Source: a virus (lineage: Duplodnaviria; Caudoviricetes). Taken from it: DNA of 33,190 nucleotides. The DNA lies in the IMG/VR virus record IMGVR_UViG_3300042317_000338, positions 1 to 33,190 of that record; one strand, written 5' to 3'. The notes beneath the pieces are model-generated. The model was given only the letters and a program-made list of their open reading frames with translations, was not told the origin of the DNA and made no database searches. A program made the translations under genes and the position numbers. Below, one piece after another: positions 27,507 through 33,190 of this stretch. The stretch's first letter is position 1; the number at the start of each line of letters is the position of its first letter.

Positions 27507-27551
27507 AAGTGCCGCAGGGCGCGGCCATCGGAGGGAACGGTTAGAAGTCTA

Positions 27552-27608
27552 TCAGGCCCGCCAGATGATAGCAATGGCGACCATTGCAAGGGCTAGGATG
27601 GCACCCAT
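27552..27608 (-). CDS. putative 18-aa hydrophobic microprotein
   Basis: MGAILALAMVAIAIIWRA, preceded by GGAGGACTAGATC, the same junction motif as larger genes in the cluster. Confidence 0.45.
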   Translation of the reverse strand: MGAILALAMVAIAIIWRA

Positions 27609-27611
27609 GAT

Positions 27612-28085
27612 CTAGTCCTCCATCTCGTTAAGATCACCGCACGCGCACCACAAAAGCCGTTGCAAGTTTTGCTCATGGTCGGCCAACTCTTCAGCGTCCC
27701 ATGCGCCGTAATCGCGCAACTCATTAGAGACCATTTCAGGGGCCAATACGGACAACTGGCCCGCTATCATGGGGTTTTGAGACAAGGCTTTTACGTCGTT
27801 ATCGCATTGCCCACCATGCGCCGCGCTACGGGCCTGCTCGCGTGTGATTTGTAGCTCGATCCGACCCGATGAGCTAGACCAGTGTAGAAGCTCGCGCCCT
27901 TGCAAATCTTCCACTTGTTGCCTTAAATCTTCCAACTCTTGCACCATTTCTTCAACGTGTGCAGGATCATCGGCGGTTTTACGCCACGCCTCAAGCTCTA
28001 ACGCGGCATCGTGTAGTTCATCGGGCGATACTTCAGCGGGGGCATAGTTGAGGCGCTCGGACAGGGGGGAATTGATAGATAGCAT
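27612..28085 (-). CDS. hypothetical protein, probably early
   Basis: AAGGA RBS; acidic; 'YGAWD..EL.D...NLQRLLW.ACGD' C-terminus. Confidence 0.6.
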   Translation of the reverse strand: MLSINSPLSERLNYAPAEVSPDELHDAALELEAWRKTADDPAHVEEMVQELEDLRQQVEDLQGRELLHWSSSSGRIELQITREQARSAAHGGQCDNDVKALSQNPMIAGQLSVLAPEMVSNELRDYGAWDAEELADHEQNLQRLLWCACGDLNEMED

Positions 28086-28098
28086 GATTAAATCCTTG

Positions 28099-28317
28099 TT
28101 ATGTCAGATTGAAATGAGAAATAATGGCGTTATGGTATTGGTTGGGTGTAACCCATGCACCGTTTATGCGGCACCCCATAGAATCACCAATAAAAACAAC
28201 GTCATAAAGTTTATCCTTCGATTCATAACTATAAATAGGGGTTGATTCTAGCGGGCCATTGGCGCAGCGCTTGAAATTAAACTGCCCTTTATAGAATCTA
28301 TCTTCCGATAGTTGCAT
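28099..28317 (-). CDS. hypothetical protein, probably early
   Basis: AAGGA RBS; AT-rich ORF filling the gap. Confidence 0.5.
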   Translation of the reverse strand: MQLSEDRFYKGQFNFKRCANGPLESTPIYSYESKDKLYDVVFIGDSMGCRINGAWVTPNQYHNAIISHFNLT

Positions 28318-28319
28318 GG

Positions 28320-28430
28320 TTAAATCCTTTCAAGAATAAGAAAAACAAACCAAGCGGCGAGGCCGAGCGTTAGAGCATAGGCTAGGAAGTCAAGGGCAAG
28401 GGCTTTATAAGGCATGGGGTATTTATTCAT
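28320..28430 (-). CDS. small single-TM protein
   Basis: MNKYPMPYKALALDFLAYALTLGLAAWFVFLILERI; overlaps the upstream stop. Confidence 0.5.
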   Translation of the reverse strand: MNKYPMPYKALALDFLAYALTLGLAAWFVFLILERI

Positions 28431-28710
28431 CTTCGCCACCATACGCGGACGGTAGCGCCTTGTTACAGTGGCAGCATTGTTCGTCCGGTCCTTCCCATTT
28501 GACGTCCGCGCCTGCTGCACGCCAGTTGTTATTCCAGCGTGAGTTCGTGTCGGCCACAATTTGCCGGAAGTTTTGTTTAGCGCACTCAGGGCAAAGTAGC
28601 TCCCCGTCCGCCATTACGATATAAACCGGATAACCCCCGGGCCAAGCGTAAGGTTCGCGGATGGCGCGTTTTACTTGGCCGAGAATGTCGCGTGCTAGTC
28701 TGTTTGCCAT
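28423..28710 (-). CDS. hypothetical Zn-binding protein, probably early
   Basis: Start MANRL with GGGGTG RBS; YAWPGGYP...LCPEC...CCHC...SAY. Confidence 0.6.
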   Translation of the reverse strand: MANRLARDILGQVKRAIREPYAWPGGYPVYIVMADGELLCPECAKQNFRQIVADTNSRWNNNWRAAGADVKWEGPDEQCCHCNKALPSAYGGEDE

Positions 28711-28712
28711 GG

Positions 28713-29237
28713 TTACACCCCGCAGGCCATAGCATCGGCAAAACGATTGGCTATGGCGTATTCGTGCGCCATGTTTTGCGCCATCTCGCGGGCGCATTCG
28801 CGGGCGCATTCGCCAAGGCTCTCGACACCGCCAAGGCACTCGTATTGCCCTGTTTCTAGGTCTGTAACCGTGACAATCAGATACCCCCATTCGCTATTAA
28901 CCCATCCGCGCAAGTAGTCAAAGTTCGCCTGCACTGCACGAAGGACTTTATTCGGTGCATCGTAGGGCGCAGCATTCCATCCTTCACGTTTTGCGATTCG
29001 CATGGCTTCCACCCAGTTGTAGTAAAACTGATACTCATTTCGTCCTGCGCTGTTTAGAGGGCGCTCGCCAGGGGCTTTGTCGCTGTAGCCGTCGCGGTGC
29101 GGTTTGCTTGATTTGCGTACTGGTCCGTGACCATCGCACTCTTCCCACGGCGCGTTACTGTATTGATATTGTTCAAAATTAACGCGGTAGGCGCGCCCAT
29201 TAATCGTGATTGTGTCGCCGTCAAATAGTGTGGACAT
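28713..29237 (-). CDS. hypothetical protein, probably early
   Basis: Junction RBS motif; 'PWEECDGHGPV...DYLRGW...W.Y...LGGVES'. Confidence 0.6.
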   Translation of the reverse strand: MSTLFDGDTITINGRAYRVNFEQYQYSNAPWEECDGHGPVRKSSKPHRDGYSDKAPGERPLNSAGRNEYQFYYNWVEAMRIAKREGWNAAPYDAPNKVLRAVQANFDYLRGWVNSEWGYLIVTVTDLETGQYECLGGVESLGECARECAREMAQNMAHEYAIANRFADAMACGV

Positions 29238-29240
29238 GAT

Positions 29241-29525
29241 CTAAGCCCCTTTTCCAAGTTCAATGCCACGGATGAACGCGTGCATCTGTTCGTAAAGCTC
29301 GCGTTTCGGAATATGTCCGCCGGACAATGGTGTAGTCACGCCGCCGCCATCATTGTGCATGCGGTGCAGGCACACGCCGCCATACGCTTGCGAAATGTGA
29401 TAGTTGCCGATTTGAGCATGAATGCGGCCATCTTCGCCTTTTTCATATGGCTTCATCGGGCTGTTTGTCAGATAGTTAAGGCGAGCAACTAACGCGTCAA
29501 GATGCTTGATTGTGATTCGTTCCAT
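29241..29525 (-). CDS. hypothetical protein, probably early
   Basis: Junction RBS motif; 'GNYHISQAYGG..L.R..N.GGGV'. Confidence 0.6.
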   Translation of the reverse strand: MERITIKHLDALVARLNYLTNSPMKPYEKGEDGRIHAQIGNYHISQAYGGVCLHRMHNDGGGVTTPLSGGHIPKRELYEQMHAFIRGIELGKGA

Positions 29526-29538
29526 GATCTAGCCCCTT

Positions 29539-29790
29539 TCAGAAATTGAGTTTGATGAAGCGTTCTAGTTCGTACGGAATTTCATCATCTACTACATACG
29601 CAGCGATGCACGCGCCGATGAAATTCCATTTCCATCCATCGTTGCGAAGGTTGAACCCTTCGTGATTGCCAACGACACGCATCGCGCCTCGCTCGGTCGC
29701 TGCTTCCACAGCGTAACGACGAATCCAACAATAGTTAAGCTCGCCGCCAAATGTGTCAGTTACTTCAATGTAAAAAATGTGCTTTGTCAT
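29539..29790 (-). CDS. hypothetical protein, probably early
   Basis: AAGGGG RBS; 'TDTFGGELNYCWIRR'. Confidence 0.6.
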   Translation of the reverse strand: MTKHIFYIEVTDTFGGELNYCWIRRYAVEAATERGAMRVVGNHEGFNLRNDGWKWNFIGACIAAYVVDDEIPYELERFIKLNF

Positions 29791-29805
29791 AATCGTTTCC
29801 CCTTA

Positions 29806-29967
29806 TTAGAGTGAGTTACGAGCTTGCCATGCCTTCACCGTGTCGCGGTGTAACAGGCGAATCCACAATTGAACCTGCGCCAGTGTGACTCCAAGGTATC
29901 GCGCCATTCGTGCAGCTTCAAAGAAGCCTTCGTGCGCGGCCAGGTTGTAAAAATGTTTTGCGGTCAT
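29806..29967 (-). CDS. small hypothetical protein (53 aa, not in ORF track)
   Basis: MTAKHFYNLAAHEGFFEAARMARYLGVTLAQVQLWIRLLHRDTVKAWQARNSL, preceded by GGGGCTAGATC; possible HTH-like segment. Confidence 0.55.
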   Translation of the reverse strand: MTAKHFYNLAAHEGFFEAARMARYLGVTLAQVQLWIRLLHRDTVKAWQARNSL

Positions 29968-30014
29968 GATCTAGCCCCACTAGAGTGATTAGAAAGTTTC
30001 TTACTACGGGACCA

Positions 30015-30047
30015 ATGATAGCGGCTGATTAAAGAAAGTCTAATCAG
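30015..30047 (-). promoter_or_regulatory. candidate promoter with overlapping palindrome
   Basis: TTAGAC-N17-TATCAT on the - strand; CTGATTA-N9-TAATCAG inverted repeat at 30025-30047. Confidence 0.45.
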
Positions 30048-30424
30048 ATGTTCTGATGGTTCTGGCTCGATCCATAAGACTTTTTCTTATGGTTGATCCT
30101 TTGCCAATAGTACGTAAGCGCTTCGCCTGTGTAGTCTGATGCGGCACGATATTGCAGATCGTGCCAATCTGGATCGTTCATGATCCATTCCACGTCGGCA
30201 TTGATTGCTTTCTTGTCGAACGATGGCTTATTCACGTAGTGCGTCACTTTGCGGACTGATACAGGCTTTATCCGTTCGATCACTACATGCTCAATCGGAA
30301 ACAGCGCTTCGATCATGCCAGATCGTAATGCTGCACGGTATGCACCAATTGAACCATTGGCGAATTGTGTGCGTGTTTGATACTTTGCTGCTTCTTCCAT
30401 GATTGTTGCAAAATTCCATTTCAT
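30044..30424 (-). CDS. protein with one homing-endonuclease-associated helical repeat, no recognisable nuclease domain
   Basis: AAGGA RBS; 'KWN...EEAAKYQTR..F...AY.AA.R.G' N-terminal repeat. Confidence 0.5.
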   Translation of the reverse strand: MKWNFATIMEEAAKYQTRTQFANGSIGAYRAALRSGMIEALFPIEHVVIERIKPVSVRKVTHYVNKPSFDKKAINADVEWIMNDPDWHDLQYRAASDYTGEALTYYWQRINHKKKSYGSSQNHQNI

Positions 30425-30455
30425 GATTGTTTCCTTCAATAGTTGTCATGACGCA

Positions 30456-30484
30456 ATTGTATATTGTTGTCAGATTGTTGTCAT
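30456..30484 (-). promoter_or_regulatory. candidate sigma70 promoter
   Basis: ATGACA-N17-TACAAT on the - strand, with tandem TGACAACAAT motifs. Confidence 0.55.
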
Positions 30485-30632
30485 GTGCCAGATGTTCCTG
30501 AGAATGGGGGAAAGGATTTTCCACGTATCGCGATAAACGCAGAGATTCTTTTATAAGAGAATCTATAATATATATCAAAATTGGCATGATACACAGGGAA
30601 AGGAACATCTGGCACATGACAAGATTCTGACA
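30468..30632. repeat. 32-bp inverted repeat (30/32 match) flanking a 101-bp AT-rich core
   Basis: TGTCAGATTGTTGTCATGTGCCAGATGTTCCT (30468-30499) versus AGGAACATCTGGCACATGACAAGATTCTGACA (30601-30632). Confidence 0.9.
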
Positions 30633-30643
30633 TTCTTTTACCT

Positions 30644-30754
30644 CATCGATCAATGATTCTCTTATGGATCGTGTCACTCTGGCACAGTTGGCACATGTTC
30701 TCATTCTGACCTGATTGCACCATCGATCAATGATTCTCTTATGGATCGTGTCAC
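30644..30754. repeat. 34-bp perfect direct repeat, two copies
   Basis: CATCGATCAATGATTCTCTTATGGATCGTGTCAC at 30644-30677 and 30721-30754. Confidence 0.9.
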
Positions 30755-31009
30755 CATGGCTTGCCCTGCCCCATGCTGCTGTCATGGTGCGCTGAATCGC
30801 GGACGGGGGAGTACCGGGGGTGGGGGAGCGGGAATGGTGGCGCGTGTGTTTCCTTGGGTACAACCACAAGCCAAATTTTTATTTTTTCTAAGAGATTCTT
30901 TTATAAGAGATTCTCTTACTCCACTCAAGCAAGTTGTGACAAGTGTCCCTTTTGACTCAATTAAGCATCTTTCAATTCCATCCTTATCGCGTTATGGTAC
31001 GATTCACTT

Positions 31010-31588
31010 ATGCAAACTAATGAAATCACGGGCGCAGTTATCACAGTTCCTGACTGGCTCATTCCGACGCCAGATGTTCCTATGGATAAGCGCATGGTTA
31101 CCAGCGTGGCGAAAGAACTCACCAATCAGTTCTATGAGACATTGTTCGAGCACGCAATGGAACGACTCGCTGCTGGTACGCCTTTGCCTGACATCATCAA
31201 CGAGTACCATACTGCGACGGACATTGCGAAGTTCCGCGCATGGATTTACAAAGACCCGACCAGAAAATCCCGGTATGAATCGGCGCAGGAGTTGTTTGCT
31301 GACGCTTTGGTGGATGACATGCTGCGGATTGCCGATGGTGTGGATTCGCTGGAGGATGTGCAGCGGACGGCATTGAGGTTGCAGCATCGCAAATGGATAG
31401 CCAGTTGCTTGAACAGACGACGATATGGTGACAGTAAGCAGGTTGAGATCACCGAGAACAAGACGACAAATATCAGGATGATCCTTGAGAAGCGGGAACG
31501 ACAACTCCTTGGAGAAGTAATAGATGGCGAATTCACAGTTGGGGATGACCGAGGCGCACTCATTGGTTCTGGAGAGGATGCTCAGTAA
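31010..31588 (+). CDS. terS: terminase small subunit
   Basis: HTH region then 'Y..AQE..AD.LVDDML.IAD...DVQR..LR...RKW.AS...RYGD'; directly upstream of terL. Confidence 0.8.
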   Translation: MQTNEITGAVITVPDWLIPTPDVPMDKRMVTSVAKELTNQFYETLFEHAMERLAAGTPLPDIINEYHTATDIAKFRAWIYKDPTRKSRYESAQELFADALVDDMLRIADGVDSLEDVQRTALRLQHRKWIASCLNRRRYGDSKQVEITENKTTNIRMILEKRERQLLGEVIDGEFTVGDDRGALIGSGEDAQ

Positions 31589-33077
31589 GGACTTTTACCT
31601 CAGTCCGTACAAGTTCGCACTGTGGGCGTACCCGTGGGGTGAGGGGGAGTTGAAGCAGTTCAAGGGTCCGCGAGCATGGCAGAAGGAGGTCATGGGGGAG
31701 GTGGAGGCGTACTTGGTCGAGGGGATCGGTATGCAGAAGACCTTGGGGATGTTGCCGGACTTCTTTCGATATGCGATAGCAAGTGGTCGAGGACCGGGAA
31801 AGTCGGCACTGGTGGGGATGCTGGCCCACTGGTTCATCTCCACCAGGATCGGTGGCAGCGTATGGGTGGCTGCGAACGGTGCGCCGCAGTTGCAGACTAA
31901 GACGTTCCCTGAGATTGCGAAGTGGGTGGCACGAGGGATCAACGCTGACTTCTTTGATGTCAATGCAATGTCGATCCAGCCGAAGAAGTGGTTCAAGGAG
32001 TTTATTGAGTCACCGGAAGGACTACAGAAGAGTACGAGGTATTACTACGCCAGTGGGCAACTGTGGTCGGAAGAGAACCCGGATGCGTTCGCAGGAGCGC
32101 ACAACTTCGATGGTGAGATGGCGATCTTTGATGAGGCGAGTGGTATCCCTGACCCGATCTGGACCGTACAAGAGGGGGTCTTCACCGAGAACATCGTGGA
32201 TCGGTTTTGGTTTGCATTCAGTAACCCACGGAAACCAGACGGTGCGTTCTTCGAGTGTTTCAACAAGAAGCGGGATTATTGGCGCACGCGGTCGATTGAC
32301 AGTCGATCAGTAGAGGGTATCAGCCACTCGGCGTTCGACAACATTATCCGGCAGTTTGGTGAGGACTCGGACGAGGCACGGGTGGAGGTCTATGGTCAGT
32401 TCCCTCAGACGGGTGCAAGGCAGTTTATGCAGCATGGTCATATCACTGACGCTGTTGAGAGAACCGTGGAGCCTGACCACGGCGCACCTCTGCTGATGGG
32501 GGTGGATGTGGCGCGGTTCGGTGAGGATAGATCAGTGATCGCGTTCCGTCGAGGGAGGGACGCTCGGTCTATCCCGTGGCGGGTGTTCCGTAAGCTGGAC
32601 ACGCAGCAGTTGGCACGCGAGGTGGCCGAGGCTGCGGCTGAGTATAACCCGGCGGCGATCTTTGTTGATGGTGGTGGAGTGGGCGGCGGTGTGGTCGATG
32701 CGCTCAAGGCAATGCGATTCAAGGTCATTGAGGTACAGGCCGGCAGCAGCCCGGACGACAAGGACAAGTACATTAACAAGCGCGTGGAGTTGTGGGCGCG
32801 GCTGAAGGAGTGGATCGAGACAGGGTGCTTGCCAGATGACAAGGACTTGATTTCTGACCTGAGAGCGCCGCAGTACGACTGGCACCCGGTCAGCGGTAAG
32901 CTGATGCTGGAGACTAAGGAGGACATGCGTAAGCGTGGTCTGTCATCTCCAGACATGGCCGAGGCGTTGATACAGACATTCGCTCGCCCTGTGGCGAGAA
33001 ATGATATACTTACATCAAGACGCAGTGGCAGGCGCACGCCTGTCGCACAGGATATTGACTATCCGATGTTTGGGTGA
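31524..33077 (+). CDS. terL: terminase large subunit (alternative start 31578)
   Basis: Walker A SGRGPGKS, Walker B IFDEA, coupling motif SNP, RNase H-like nuclease GVDVARFGED...SPD. Confidence 0.92.
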   Translation: MANSQLGMTEAHSLVLERMLSKDFYLSPYKFALWAYPWGEGELKQFKGPRAWQKEVMGEVEAYLVEGIGMQKTLGMLPDFFRYAIASGRGPGKSALVGMLAHWFISTRIGGSVWVAANGAPQLQTKTFPEIAKWVARGINADFFDVNAMSIQPKKWFKEFIESPEGLQKSTRYYYASGQLWSEENPDAFAGAHNFDGEMAIFDEASGIPDPIWTVQEGVFTENIVDRFWFAFSNPRKPDGAFFECFNKKRDYWRTRSIDSRSVEGISHSAFDNIIRQFGEDSDEARVEVYGQFPQTGARQFMQHGHITDAVERTVEPDHGAPLLMGVDVARFGEDRSVIAFRRGRDARSIPWRVFRKLDTQQLAREVAEAAAEYNPAAIFVDGGGVGGGVVDALKAMRFKVIEVQAGSSPDDKDKYINKRVELWARLKEWIETGCLPDDKDLISDLRAPQYDWHPVSGKLMLETKEDMRKRGLSSPDMAEALIQTFARPVARNDILTSRRSGRRTPVAQDIDYPMFG

Positions 33078-33109
33078 TATGTTGCGGTAACTTTCAGAAG
33101 GAGCCTGCT

Positions 33110-33190
33110 ATGGGCAATGTTGTCAGTTCGATAATTGGTGGTGGCAAACAGTCCGCCCCTCCCCCGCCCCCTCCGCCACCTGCTCCTACT
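33110..33190 (+). CDS. small proline-rich probable virion protein (3'-truncated)
   Basis: AAGGAG RBS; MGNVVSSIIGGGKQSAPPPPPPPPPAPT; such small genes commonly sit between terL and the portal gene. Confidence 0.55.
   Translation, partial: MGNVVSSIIGGGKQSAPPPPPPPPAPT

Noticed and set aside
30644-30754. 34-bp repeat pair with a 43-bp spacer as a mini-CRISPR array
   Set aside because: Only two copies; the spacer resembles the sequence upstream of copy 1 (a degenerate tandem unit); the repeat contains the local iteron motif; no cas genes are present.
30291-31009. ORFs 30291-30869(-), 30741-31376(+) and 30761-30955(+)
   Set aside because: They run through repeats and G- and T-tracts, lack an RBS or protein-like composition, and the two longer ones overlap better-supported genes.
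878-33037. Numerous antisense and alternate-frame ORFs in the ORF track
   Set aside because: They are shadows of long, motif-supported genes and have no RBS or recognisable motifs.
1-33190. Alternative genetic code or prophage integration module
   Set aside because: TAA, TGA and TAG all end well-supported genes at high coding density; no integrase, att site or host gene is visible in the window.

Overview
About 33 kb of a dsDNA tailed phage genome with podovirus-like organisation; portal, capsid and tail-tube genes lie outside the window. The + strand from 1 to 13171 carries internal virion (ejection) proteins, one with a GH108 muramidase domain, a two-part tail fibre, a permuted papain-like protein and a lysis cassette (M15 endolysin, holins). 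The - strand from 13164 to 24602 carries small accessory genes, a PAPS-reductase-family gene and a replication module (SNF2 helicase, VRR-NUC nuclease, family B DNA polymerase, SSB, Cas4-like exonuclease, RHH regulator). A divergent primase-helicase follows, then a - strand cluster of small probable early genes, a repeat-rich non-coding region, and terminase small and large subunits. The most notable observation is that the PolB gene is cut in two by an HNH-AP2 endonuclease ORF that leaves no room for an intron and supplies an RBS for the second half, implying a two-polypeptide polymerase. Also notable are three repeats at exact 84-bp spacing at the convergent terminators after the primase, an inverted-repeat/iteron/G-quadruplex control region before terS, conserved gene-junction motifs in the small-gene cluster, a structured leader upstream of the PAPS reductase gene, and two frameshift-like junctions. 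Family assignments come from motif recognition by eye; no database searches were run.
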